Part shown: positions 18,805 to 35,462 of the stretch, piece by piece
Numbering within the stretch: the first letter of the stretch is position 1
Layout: the number at the start of each line of letters is the position of its first letter
NCBI RefSeq assembly: GCF_009914755.1
Contig: NC_060927.1
DNA: 64,000 nt
DNA from: the human T2T-CHM13v2.0 reference genome, Homo sapiens
Strand: one strand, 5' to 3'
Notes under the pieces: generated by a model
What the model was told of the DNA's origin: nothing
What the model saw: the letters and a program-made list of their open reading frames with translations, nothing else
The model's database searches: none
Position numbers and translations under genes: made by a program

Positions 18805-19690
18805 GTAAGTAAAGAGGGCACCTTCACTCTGCTCTTTTCATTCTTATTTTCCATCTACTCTGTTCACTCAGCCAATGCCTGGGCTAACACAGTAGAAGAG
18901 AAAGGGCAGCTTTTGCCTTGAGATTCATGAAGATGATGTTAACCTTGAGCAATACTCTTGAGAGTCTTTCCTGGGAACCCAGTTCAAGACAACTCAGCAG
19001 GGTGTGTGGTCCCATCAAAGAGCATAACCAGCTGTGGGTCCTTGGGTAAATCATCTAATAACATCCCTCCACTTTGGTGTTTTTTGACTGTAAAATAAGA
19101 AGTGGGTTTAGGAATTCATGGACTCTAAGGGCCTTCCACTCTTGACAGTCTACAGGTATCAGAATCTATGAACTTGTAATTGTGTCCTATGAACAATGGT
19201 CCTATTTTCAGGAATGGCCAAAGTAATTACTTGCAGTGAGGAATTGGGTCTTGCTCAGCACCTAGGATATACACTGAGGAATAAGATCTGGCTTTGCATG
19301 TGGGAGGTGGGTATTGACATGCCAGGCTCTCTGACACAGGTGGAGAACATGAAGATGAATAAGCAGAGATTCAAGATTTCATTTCCAGAAAATGAGAGGT
19401 TCACACTCCTGGAACTTTCACCACTTTTTCCCTTGAAAATGTTTGGGGTATGGCCATGATGCTTTAAATAGTTTCTCGCTGGTTCTCCTGAGGATTTTGA
19501 GTGCCAACAGGATGCAGCACACAGAAACTGACTAAGAAAATGCAGGGTTTGAGACAAGCTTTGATGAAAGAAATGCATTTTTAAATGAACAGTAGGAGGA
19601 TGTTGCATCACCTTTTTGCTCTTTCATATCTGACCTGAGGAAGGCAGGATGCAATGACTCAGCAAGTCCTCAAGAGCCTCTTTCTTACAG

Positions 19691-19781
19691 GTGATCGGAC
19701 AATGTAAGGTAATAGCTACAAGACATTCCCATGAATCTCAGGACCTCAGAGTGATTGACTTTAACTGCACCACAAGTTCTG
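19691..19781 (+). CDS. HRG: HRG exon 3
   Basis: cag|GTG...TCTG|gtatgg; VIGQCKVIATRHSHESQDLRVIDFNCTTSS. Confidence 0.97.
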
Positions 19782-20291
19782 GTATGGTAATCTGTTAAAT
19801 TGCTAATTAATTCTTGATTAATACAAATTCAATCATACAGTGGTATTTGTCTCATCTATGTACATATGTATTCATATATATTCAGATGTATTCATGTATA
19901 TCTATGATGTACATGAAAGAAAAGCCTTCATAGACTCCATTATTATTCATTCTCCAGAGAATAGAATTGAGACAAATTTCCCTGGTACTGGTACACCTTC
20001 TTTTAAAGAAATTCAACACATAAAAATAGAGATTTAGGAGAGGTAGGTTAGCCTCATTATAGATATAGGCTTTGGAGTCAGGCTTGCTTTAGCTTGAGTC
20101 ATCATCTGCCAGTTGTATAGTCTTGGGAGGAAGTAAAGTCTTGGGACTATGAAGTAAAGGTTATGACACTTTCTATTTAAGACAAAATAATTGATGCTCA
20201 AAGAAGTTAAATGACTTGGCCTCAAGAACAAAGCCAAGATATTGTGAAGATGTGACACAATCCCAGGAGTATTAACTCTAAATTCCACAGC

Positions 20292-20657
<366 letters not shown>

Positions 20658-20824
20658 TAGCAAATCCAAATATGATATTATATACAAAAATGCAAGATAC
20701 TGCCACAGGAGTTTGCATTGAAGAAAGGATGATCTGTATCTTCTCCTCTCTCTGGGCAAAACTCTATGTTAATGCTCTGTCTTCCCCCTTGGCAACAACA
20801 GGAAGAACTTATTAAAATATTAGT

Positions 20825-21118
20825 GGCCTGGTGCGGTGGCTCACATCTATAATCCCAGCACTTTGGGAGGTTGAGGCCAGAGGGTTGCTTGAGCCCAGGA
20901 GTTTGAGACTAGCCTGGGCAATGTGACTCAACCCCATCTCTATTATTTAATATATATGTTAATATATATATCATATTAATACCTAAATATATGATATATA
21001 ATATAAAAACATATGATATATTATATAATATATAAATATATAATAGATATTATATAATAGATAATATATATTTATATATTAACGAATGTCATAGTTGTCA
21101 TATTTATATATATATGTT
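20825..21118 (+). repeat. Alu monomer (FLAM-like) followed by an AT-rich (TA)n tract
   Basis: ggcctggtgcggtggctcac...ccccatctc, then tatatat-rich low-complexity sequence. Confidence 0.75.
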
Positions 21119-21374
21119 AGCACTTTATCAGTGGTACTGGTGAAGGCATCATGAGTAGGGGTCACAACATAGACATGGGGATCAGAAAGACTCGAAGGAA
21201 GAATCAGCAGTTTAGTTCGGTTGCCAAATGGCTGATTGATCTTGAAGCAGTTACTCAGCTCTTCCCACCCTCAATTTGCCCATCCTTAAAATGAAAGTTA
21301 TTGTCATTCTTGCCACCAAGCCACCATTAACATTTCCAGCCCTTTACTGTGACACTGCTATCTTCTTTCTCCAG

Positions 21375-21541
21375 TCTCTTCAGCACTGGCCAATACCAAA
21401 GATAGTCCGGTCCTCATAGATTTCTTTGAGGATACTGAGCGCTACAGAAAACAAGCCAACAAAGCCCTTGAGAAGTACAAAGAGGAGAATGATGACTTTG
21501 CCTCTTTCAGAGTGGACCGAACCGAGAGAGTTGCAAGAGTG
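21375..21541 (+). CDS. HRG: HRG exon 4 (to aa 186)
   Basis: cag|TC...GTG|gtgagt; SSALANTKDSPVLIDFFED...RVDRTERVARV. Confidence 0.97.
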
Positions 21542-22537
21542 GTGAGTCTCCACTAAGGTTCGGTTGGAGTCTGAAGGCCCAGGCTCCAACCTGGCAGCAG
21601 GAACTGAATGGCATACCCTCTCCACCTGCCTCAATTGACTAGCTGCCTTTTAATTTGTCACTTTTGAGGCCATAAAAGACAGGCAGCAGGTATTTAAAAA
21701 ATACAAAAAAATTGCTTTCCTCAAACACTTTTTTTTTTTTTGAAGGATGGGTAGGGGAGTAGACATCTGACAGAGTAGGGAGAAAATCTGAAGAGGAAAC
21801 AGGGAAAGACAAGAACATATGAGGGTTGTGTCATTGCAAATCATCCAATACTAACATTCTTGTACTATGATGGAAAACTGAAGTTCAGAGAAATTACCTC
21901 ACCACACCCAGTAATGTGCCTATAGTTAGATGGTTCCCTGCTCTCTCTACAAGGACCCAAGTACTTTCACCCAGAGCTGTCTTGTAGAGCAACTGGTTGA
22001 CATTTGCTATGCATTCAGAAAATGCAGCGTTAAATAGATTGTGTTGCATACAAGTAAGGAAATGAGTACCATGCAGTTGCTCAAAGAATGTTTGGACCCA
22101 TGCGCACTGGAGTTTGAAAACATATTGGTATAGGAAAATGCAGGTTATAGAACAGTACTTAGACTATGGACCCATTTATATGAAACACTTAGATCTCCCT
22201 GTGTATGTGTAACACATCTAGGAAAACACTCGAAGAGGAAACACATCAAATAAATGAGAATGAAAACTCTGGGAAGAAGTTGGAGTGCAGGAGGGGTGAT
22301 TTTTCACACTCTACTTTATCATATATTTATTATTTGAACCTTTTCAGTGAACTGGTATTCACCTTATCACTTAGGTGATACATTTTTAAAAGGCAGAAAC
22401 CATTTTAAAAAATGACACATACTGGTGATTTTGAATTCTCATACTGCCTTAAAAAATATTGAATGGTAGTTATCTACTGCTTTTTTTTCCTTTTTCTTTG
22501 TCTGTTCTTGAAACTATTTTGATCCCATCTGTTCTAG

Positions 22538-22618
22538 AGAGGAGGGGAAGGAACTGGTTACTTCGTGGACTTCTCTGTGCGGAACTGCTCCAGACACCAT
22601 TTCCCCAGACACCCCAAT
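22538..22618 (+). CDS. HRG: HRG exon 5 (aa 187-213)
   Basis: tag|AGA...AAT|gtgagt; RGGEGTGYFVDFSVRNCSRHHFPRHPN. Confidence 0.97.
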
Positions 22619-22658
22619 GTGAGTATAAGAAATGTCTGTGATCGTTGACTAGAGTCAC

Positions 22659-22768
22659 AGAGAAAAAAGAAAGAGAAGAAGGAGAAGGAGAAGGAGAAGG
22701 AGAGGAAGGAGAAGAAGGAGAAGAGGAATGAGAAGGAGAAAATGAGGAGGAGGAGAAGGAGGAAGAAA
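22659..22768 (+). repeat. Purine-rich (GGAGAA/GGA)n tract
   Basis: Direct reading. Confidence 0.85.
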
Positions 22769-22829
22769 TGTCTGTGAAATACAAAGTATCATCTGGGAAG
22801 CACTTAGTACCTGCCAGGCACTCTTCTAA

Positions 22830-23164
<335 letters not shown>

Positions 23165-24839
23165 TGATAACTTATTAACCCTCACACTACCATATGAGAT
23201 AGATACCATTTTTAATCCCAAATTAGCAGATAGGGAAACTGAGGCACAGAGAACATAAGCGAACCATAAGAACATGATTTTATAATATACATGATATATA
23301 CCTAAACTTAAAACTAAGTTTCTAACTGATTAGGATTAAAGGCTTAGTTAGAACTATAGCAGTTCGTACTAAGACCCTACGCCAAGTGGTTTTATTAATT
23401 CCACATCATCACACTCACAGGAATCCCACTTGACAAATGAGGAGGTAACTGAAAATCAGCAAAGGAAAGGTCTTGCCGATGTTCACAACCAAGCTGAGAT
23501 TAAAACTTAGTTATTCTCATACAAAGTCCAGTGGGATTTTTCCTCTAATCATTTACAAATAGATTCCCATGTACCTGCCAGAAGACATTATTAATACCAC
23601 CTGGCATTTGCATGGTGACCTACAGTTAAAGAAACACCTCCACATCTGTTATTGCCAGGAGAGCCTCATGAAAATCCTGCTGACAAGGAAAAGCAAGTAT
23701 CTGCCTACATTTCCTGTGACAAGGGGACCTGAAATTAAAACCACTTACCTAAAGGCACTTAGCTAGAGAGTGTTAGGAAATGGAATTTTAATTATGATGC
23801 CAAGTCCAGGATTTTTCTGAGGTTTAACAACACATTCTCCCTGGTCAAAAGGGAGAAACCATCCATTAGTACCTTTGTTAGCTCTTCTAATGTCCACACT
23901 GAACCAGGTCTAGAAACCTTCTTAGCGCCCACCAGAAAAGACACCTCCCTCCCCTACTCCTATGGCCAACAAACCCTTCATGATCTTGGTGTGGATAATG
24001 TAAACCCAGAGTTGAAGCACCAGAGCTGAAGAGGAGGCTCAGGGGTAAGTGTTTTACAGCATCCTCTTGTTTAATTAATCCCTCCCACAACCTGTGAGTA
24101 CATAGTATTATCCCCATTTTACAATGGCTGACTTTCAGAAATCTTTTGTAACTTTCCCAAACTCAGACAACTAGGAAATGGAGAAGCCAGGATTAACATA
24201 GGTCTCTCTGATTCCCAAACTGTACTCAGAACCTCAATGCTTAGCAATTTCTTCTAGCAGACAGCCGTCCTCTTGTCCTAGTCGATCTTTCACAGGTGGG
24301 TTTAGGAGCATCTGGAGCACAGGAGTGGCAGCCAGTTGTAGCCCTGGCACTTGGGTGGAGTCAGCAGACACTTGCCTTGACAATGTCCATGAAAACCCAT
24401 CTTTATGCTATACAGATGCCCTCCTGTCCAACACTTTCCTCCAAGGGACCAGCTGAAGTTGTAAAAATCCCTCTTTGACACCATTCCTCATTGTCCTAGG
24501 CACAGGCAACTGAGGTCTCCAGTGCAGAAGGGTTGGCCTAAAGGCAAGGCAGCAATGATGTGGTTTTCCTCATCATTTCCATCACCCATGGGGAAGCCCA
24601 GTGCTGGTGCCTGCTCATGAAAAAAACCACAGCAACTTTAGTGATACCCTTCACCACCTGCACTTTCCCCAAAGTGTTAACAAGGAAAGATTGCTGAACG
24701 ACTGGTGGGAATATCTGATCATATTACCCTGATTTTTCTAAAGCACTTCTTCCTTTTCTGAATGTCTGGAAGCTAACTCTGGCTGGTCATCTTCACACCA
24801 CCTGGACACACACACTAACAGCTCCTCATTCCTTTGTAG

Positions 24840-24941
24840 GTCTTTGGATTCTGCAGAGCAGATTTGTTCTATGATGTAGAAGCCTTGGACTTGGAAAGCC
24901 CGAAAAACCTTGTCATAAACTGTGAAGTCTTCGACCCTCAG
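24840..24941 (+). CDS. HRG: HRG exon 6 (aa 214-247)
   Basis: tag|GTC...CAG|gtgggt; VFGFCRADLFYDVEALDLESPKNLVINCEVFDPQ. Confidence 0.97.
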
Positions 24942-25034
24942 GTGGGTTGTCTAAGCAGACTTTGTCATGGCAGTGCCAGATTAAGTGACATACGTACACA
25001 AATAGTGTTGTTGCTTCCTAAAGCTCTATGAGTG

Positions 25035-25036
<2 letters not shown>

Positions 25037-25112
<76 letters not shown>

Positions 25113-25150
25113 GGAGACAGGGAGAGAGAGAAAGAGAGAGACAGACAGAC
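25037..25150 (+). repeat. Compound (TG)n(AG)n microsatellite in HRG intron 6
   Basis: Direct reading. Confidence 0.9.
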
Positions 25151-25624
25151 ACGCAAGAAAAAAGATACAGAGAGTATCCCACAACTGGGGAAAGGAGTGC
25201 AATTGCCAGATTACACAAAAAGTATGAAAACTTTTCCAAGAATTGAAGAGGGGTAACAATTGGCAGAAAATTAAAATCATGTCCAATTCAACCAAACTTG
25301 AAGGAATTTGAAAATGCTCTTTGTAGTCGGGACTCTAGTGCTGAGACTTAGTCATTCCTAAGCTTATATTATTGGGCATAGAATCTAAGAGGAATATATC
25401 AGCCTCAAATTTATTATGTAAATGTATATAAAATAAGATGCAAAACCATATTTTGCATCTGTCTCAGAAATCTTTGGTCTATTTTTTACATGAGTACAAA
25501 GATTTGCTTCACGAAACTTTTCATATCAGAAACAAAACTTAAAATAATCCAAACATCCAATCCCAAGTTAAAAAAAAGAAAAAGGAACAAAGGGCAGGAT
25601 TGTCACCATGAACATGGCTCTGTC

Positions 25625-25930
<306 letters not shown>

Positions 25931-26254
25931 TCTGTAGCTATTTTTTAAAAAATTAAACTCTGAACAAGGAAGAGAGAGAAGAGGTCAAGTGTTCAGCCTT
26001 TAGGAGTAAGGGATGTTGATACCATCAAGCCTCAGTTAAGAATATCAGTTATAAGGCACTAGTTTTCCAGTGTTGGTCTACAGATGGGTGCCAGGTCATA
26101 ATATTGTTTCACCACTCTGTGTAGTAAAAATGAAAAAAAAATAAGGATAATGAAGTTTTTTATATCTAACATTTATCCATCTAAAGGACAATCTTTTACT
26201 CTGATATTGTGTTTCTGGCTCTTTCTTTTTTTTTTAAATCAAAATTTCATTCCA

Positions 26255-26639
<385 letters not shown>

Positions 26640-26808
26640 TTAAATATCAACTGGGCTAGATAACAATTTGAGAATCTTTTTTCGTAATACTTTTTAAATT
26701 GATTTGTGGAATCTATGATCTGGGAGCCATTGGTGTAAATCAAGTCAAGTATCTAACATCTTCTTTTATGTTACATGATGATAGGCACTTTTCTGTGACC
26801 TTTTCCAG

Positions 26809-27645
26809 GAACATGAGAACATCAATGGTGTACCGCCTCATTTGGGACATCCCTTCCACTGGGGTGGGCATGAGCGTTCTTCTACCACCAAGCCTCCATT
26901 CAAGCCCCATGGATCTAGAGATCATCATCATCCCCACAAGCCACACGAACATGGACCCCCACCTCCTCCAGATGAAAGAGATCACTCACATGGACCCCCA
27001 CTTCCACAAGGCCCTCCTCCACTATTGCCCATGTCCTGCTCAAGTTGTCAACATGCCACTTTTGGCACAAATGGGGCCCAAAGACATTCTCATAATAATA
27101 ATTCCAGTGACCTCCATCCCCATAAGCATCATTCCCATGAACAGCATCCCCACGGACACCATCCCCATGCACACCATCCTCATGAACATGATACCCATAG
27201 ACAGCATCCCCATGGACACCACCCCCATGGACACCATCCTCATGGACACCACCCCCATGGACACCATCCCCATGGACACCATCCCCACTGCCATGATTTC
27301 CAAGACTATGGACCTTGTGACCCACCACCCCATAACCAAGGTCACTGTTGCCATGGCCACGGCCCACCACCTGGGCACTTAAGAAGGCGAGGCCCAGGTA
27401 AAGGACCCTGTCCCTTCCATTGCAGACAAATTGGATCTGTGTACCGACTCCCTCCTCTAAGAAAAGGTGAGGTGCTGCCACTTCCTGAGGCCAATTTTCC
27501 CAGCTTCCCATTGCCGCACCACAAACATCCTCTAAAGCCAGACATTCAGCCCTTTCCTCAATCAGTCTCTGAATCATGTCCAGGGAAGTTCAAGAGTGGG
27601 TTTCCACAAGTTTCCATGTTTTTTACACATACATTTCCAAAATAA
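26809..27645 (+). CDS. HRG: HRG exon 7 (aa 248-525: PRR1, His-rich region, PRR2, C-terminal domain)
   Basis: cag|GAA; EHENINGVPPHLGHPF...(GHHPH)n...THTFPK*. The seven exons total 1578 nt = 525 aa + stop. Confidence 0.98.
   Translation, partial: EHENINGVPPHLGHPFHWGGHERSSTTKPPFKPHGSRDHHHPHKPHEHGPPPPPDERDHSHGPPLPQGPPPLLPMSCSSCQHATFGTNGAQRHSHNNNSSDLHPHKHHSHEQHPHGHHPHAHHPHEHDTHRQHPHGHHPHGHHPHGHHPHGHHPHGHHPHCHDFQDYGPCDPPPHNQGHCCHGHGPPPGHLRRRGPGKGPCPFHCRQIGSVYRLPPLRKGEVLPLPEANFPSFPLPHHKHPLKPDIQPFPQSVSESCPGKFKSGFPQVSMFFTHTFPK
27115..27290 (+). repeat. HRG: 15-bp coding tandem repeat encoding the GHHPH His-rich region
   Basis: catggacaccatccc-type units. Confidence 0.9.
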
Positions 27646-27973
27646 AATGTGATTCCTTTGAAGAGGAAAATGAATAATACATTGAATTAGAAACATAAAT
27701 AAAATGACCAGTAATTGTGAAAATTACAGTTCTTTTCAACCTACTTTCATACTGAAGATGCAGCAAAATGTGAATGGGAAAAGAGATGGCCTGAGAAGAG
27801 AGATCAAATGGAAAGGAGAGGAAAGAACTCAGTGCTGCCTATTAGTAGTTAATTCTGTCACTCACCACTACATCACTTGAGACAAATCTATGCCACTCAG
27901 AATCTCCTTCTTTCCTGGACTTAACTCTAATTCTAGAGTCTCTGTTACTGCTTGGGCTATACCTGGGCATACT

Positions 27974-27979
27974 AATAAA
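27974..27979 (+). terminator. HRG: Probable HRG polyadenylation signal (other AATAAA at 27641 and 27698)
   Basis: AATAAA ~330 nt after the stop, followed by T-rich sequence. Confidence 0.6.
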
Positions 27980-28002
27980 GTATGGTATTGAAACTATTGT
28001 TA

Positions 28003-28180
28003 TCATTTATTTCATTTTATTTTCTAAGTTCCAGGGCACATGTGCAGGGTGTGCAGGTTTGTTATATAGGTAAAAGCATGCCATGGTGCTTTGCTGCACC
28101 TATCAACCCATCACCTAGGTATTAAGCCCAGCATGCTCTAGTTCTTTTTCCGAATGCTCTCCTGCTTCCCACCCTCCCCC
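28003..28180 (-). mobile_element. Short L1PA 3' end immediately downstream of the HRG poly(A) region
   Basis: cacatgtgcagggtgtgcaggtttgttatataggtaaa... (antisense L1 3' UTR); absent at the paralogous sites in copies 1 and 2. Confidence 0.8.
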
Positions 28181-29520
28181 TATTTATTATTATTAAAGTG
28201 ACCTAAATTCTCTCCTCGTGATTATTACTAGGCATCTAAATTTTCTTTTGGAAAAATAAGTTCTAAATTCAGTATTGAAGCAAACAAACCTCTGGCTATA
28301 AATTGCAAAGAAGCTTGCTAACATGAATCATGACCATAAATTCAGGTGCATAAGAAATGTCACTTTATGCTCAGAACAAATTAATTTCTATTTGAGGATG
28401 CCATCCTACTGGCTTAGTGGAAATTTAACCCCAGTCCTTCTTGGAGTCCCCTTTCCCTGCCCTGCTACTTTCCACACAAAGTTGGGCCACAGTTCTAGGA
28501 TCTCACACCATGCCAAGCTGTCCAGGTGGTAGGAAGCAGGATAGTGACTATCCCTCAGCCAGGGTGACTGTTGGACCAATGATCATCACCATGAGTGATA
28601 GCCATCCTGCTCAGGGATAGTCACAACCCTGTTCACATCACTCTTTCAGTCTGATTTATCTGCTACTTCTGTAGAAAACTGGGGGTGCAGGAATGTCTGT
28701 ACACTAGCCATGGACATGACTGCCAAGGTATGGCATATGGCTGCTCTCTCCCTGGGATCTTGCTGTCTTCCCAGCTGCATGCCCAGAAAGCAGGGCAGAG
28801 ATCTCCTCTGCCTCAGAGACCCCTTACCTCACTCTTCTCCCTATACCTTCTCCCTCAGCTAACGACTCTCTTGCTAGTCTCAGGTAAGTTCACTTTATTT
28901 ATTTTTAGGGCCAGAAGACTTTTTCCACACTATACTCCTCTTTCTTTTTCCTCCTCAAATCAGGACTCAATCATTTGAAACAAACTAAAAGAATTCAGAT
29001 TCTGTCTATCTTCCAACTGCAATAGTGATACTCAAAGTATTTCATAATCAACATGACCCAAGCACTGACCAATCAGACCAGAAACAACAACCTATCAGAA
29101 CAGTCACCATCCATAAACAACCAGCGTGACCACACTGGCAGGTGCAGCTGAATGTGGCCCTGCAGAATCACATTCCTCCTGGAGGCATGGACACCAGGTC
29201 AGCTGCTTGAACAGGGAGAGGAGAAAGGTGAGACCCATGGAGGGCAAAAGATACAGAGGTTAATAACTCAGAATATATCCTCCCACAGAAGCACTGGAGT
29301 AGGATTCAATAATTTACAAAGTACTTTCATAAACTTTGCTTGAGTTAATGAAAATATTCCTTGGAATACAGAGGAGTTGAAGCTCTCAATTCACTTCAGT
29401 TAAGGGCATTCTTCCTATGCACACCCGACACTGCGAGGGAATAATGAGATAAGAAACCATTCCCACCTCGGGATGGTACGTTCTACTAGAGGTTTTAGAC
29501 AATACACCATGCTTTTCTAG

Positions 29521-29901
<381 letters not shown>

Positions 29902-30208
29902 TGACATTCACAGAGGCAACATAATTAATGCCTCTTCAAATGTCTAAAGCCCAAACTCTTCATTCTTCTCCAGAAAAGCTCTCCCACTTCCTAACATCAG
30001 CCTTTCTGTCAGTGGCAATACCATTCTTAAAATCCTTCAGGCTAGAAATATTTATTGATTTTCCCTTTTTCTTCATCCCCAATTTATGCTATAACAGAAA
30101 ACACTTTGTCTGCTTTGTTCATTAAAGCACTTGCCACACAATAAGGGTTTAAGAAATGTTTGTATAATAAGCAGGTACATTAAACATTTACTATGAGTCT
30201 GAAGATAC

Positions 30209-30462
30209 GGCTGATCACAGTGGCTCACGCCTATAATCCCAGCACTTTGGGAGGCTGAAACAAGTGGATCACTGGCCAACACGGTGAAACCCCATCTCTA
30301 CCAAAAAATACAAAAATTACCTGGGCATGGAGGCTGAGGTGGGAGAAATACTTGAACCCGGGAGGCGGAGGTTGCAGTGAGCCAAGATTCCATGACCGCA
30401 CTTCAACTTGGGCAACAGAGAAAGACTCTGTCTCCAAATAAATAAATAAATAAATAATAAAA
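30209..30462 (+). mobile_element. Alu with internal deletions and (TAAA)n tail
   Basis: Alu sequence missing segments of both arms. Confidence 0.85.
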
Positions 30463-30539
30463 CTTAAAATTAAGTTGTTTAATATATTTTGTAATTTAAT
30501 CTTTACCAACAGCTCTCTCATGCAGAAAATGTCATTGTA

Positions 30540-30910
30540 TCAGAATAGGCCAGTTGCTGGAACAAACTCAAGTGGCCTAATGATGGAGAATTTGATTTCT
30601 CTTTCATGTTACAGGTCAATATGGGTTATCAGCAGATGGCCATCCAAATGGTGATTCAGGGTGCCAGGCTCCTTTTGTCTGGGGGCTCTGCTCTCCCCTT
30701 GACCTCAGAATTGTCTCTTGGATCCTCTGCATCCAGCCCACATGGGGAGAGAGTGGAGGATCATGAAGGTGGTTTCTGTGGCCCAGGCCTGGAAGGTGCA
30801 TGCATGATTCATGCTCACATTTCACTGCCTAGAACTCAGTCATATGGCCACACCTAATGCAAGGGAGATGGGGAAATGAAGTCTGCCTGTACTCCAAGGA
30901 GGAAAGGGAC
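30540..30910. mobile_element. Old MLT1-type MaLR LTR (duplicated at ~44380-44745 and ~60480-60850)
   Basis: agaactcagtcatatggccacacctaatgcaagggagatggggaaatg motif. Confidence 0.6.
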
Positions 30911-31883
30911 CTAGGTAGGGAAAACAGGCTGTACAATCAACCATTTCTTAGGGAAAGAAGAGAACCAAAGAGGCTGAATTACTTGCTTAGGATCTCGCAG
31001 TCAGTAAATGTGGGACTGGAATTAGAACCTTGATTGGCCTCCGCCAAAGCCACATGCTGTCTTCTTTATGACACTGCCGGTGATGGTGCCCAGGCCTGTT
31101 TCTGAGTCTTCACTGGAAACGCTTGCTGGTCAGCCGCTACCATTCTGGTCTACTTCCCCCTGGACAGTGCTCCCTTATGCATTTCTTCATCCTCCCAGTG
31201 TTCAGCTTCCACATTTCTGCTTCTCCTCCTTCCTCTCAACCTAAGAACTTCACAAAATCTCTTCCATTTTTCATATTTTCCACACAACTCCCCATTAAAA
31301 TCTGCCTTCTCCCATGACTATGCACTTGAACCTATTTCAGTCAGGCAGGGATTCTTAGACACCTTTCCCTAGTATTAGAGATAGCTTAAAAGAACTAATC
31401 ACCAGGTCCTGCACAGGAGTGAATTATTCACAGGAGTGAATAATTACCTCATTCACTCCTCAGAAACACCCTGTTAAGATATCATGATTTTCCACCATTA
31501 CAGGTGAGAAACCTAAGCCTCAGAACATTTATGTGACCCTGTCTTCCTTGGGATCACCTAGGTAAGTAGGCAGAACTACATTAGAATCCAGGTTGGACTT
31601 ACTGCCAAGTTCATGTTCCTGCCCCACCCCTACAATAGCCCCACTGGCTCCTATTGCCCCTTCTTCTCCAGGGACTCCAGGGAGAATCAGTTGGCAAGTT
31701 AGATTGGCAAGAGATCCTAACAGCAACAGAACTTCAATCTTTTATGCTTGTAAGACTTGAAGATACACGTTTACTACAGGAAAACACATGTCTCTAACCT
31801 ACCTTTAAAATTCCTCTCTCCGAATAGTCTAACATTATGAAAAAGGTTGCTTAGGCTTGGTGAATGCAAAACACCATATCCAC

Positions 31884-32563
31884 TGTAGGGGCAAAAAGTG
31901 CAATGCCCTTCCTCACCCATCCTCAGGGTCACAGCTGACTTACCTACAACAAACGACAGGTGGGCAAGAGAAAGCAGAGCATATTTATTTAATCCAAGTT
32001 TCTATAACATGAGAGCCTTCAGAATGAAGGCCCAAAGACCCAAGGGACAACTGCCCATTGCTAAGCTTAGATTCCATGAAGACTGGACAGCAGCGTGATC
32101 CAACAAAAAAGAAAAGATATGATAGTAATAGACTATCGGGGAAACCCCACAAGGCCTTCAGTTGGAGTTCTCCATTGGCCTCTCTGTGGCATTTCTTGCT
32201 CCCAGTTATGGTGCAGGACCCAATTGGCATGCAGATCTTAGGACCTACTAGCAGACAGAGTAGATTAGAGAATTTATTTTATGGCCAGCTCCTACACAGA
32301 AAGGCCTGGATGAAAGGTGAGAGTCATATTTTAGGTTTCATGGCTGCTTTGAGACAGAGAGATTCCTCTTTCTCTGACCTGCCTGTTGGAAGAGGAATTC
32401 TAGTTTCTATGGCTTGCCTTGGGAGAGAAAGGGGAGTAGGAGGACAAAGAGTGGGAGCAGGTCAGACAGTTCTTGCCTCTGAGGTCCTTTTGGTTTCCTT
32501 CAGTTCAAGGGGCGCAGCATGCCAAGGCACAATACTGTGGGGTATCCTTTTTTGAGCCCTAAA
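31884..32563 (-). mobile_element. MER34/MER39-like LTR at the HRG / copy-1 junction
   Basis: tgtaggggcaaaaag ... gagccctaaa; homologous to the intron-1 LTR. Confidence 0.7.
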
Positions 32564-32654
32564 ATATTCAAGTGAACACAGGAGTGGTAAATGTACTGGA
32601 ACCATCTAATGAAGGGAGATCTAGTCGGATTGCGTGGGAGAAGCCTTCAGCCAA

Positions 32655-35462
<2,808 letters not shown>

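Noticed and set aside
26699-27577. Long alternative-frame and antisense ORFs over exon 7 (227, 220 and 112 aa)
   Set aside because: Shadows of the low-complexity His/Pro 15-bp repeat; no independent evidence
28675-28890. Possible extra exon in the 3' flank (tag...ctcag|gtaagt), repeated in the copies
   Set aside because: No recognisable protein homology, indels between copies and a GC donor in copy 2; no transcript evidence visible from sequence
32058-32555. 165/169-aa ORFs repeated at 32058 and 45858
   Set aside because: They lie entirely within the duplicated junction LTRs; the similarity reflects the duplication, not coding constraint
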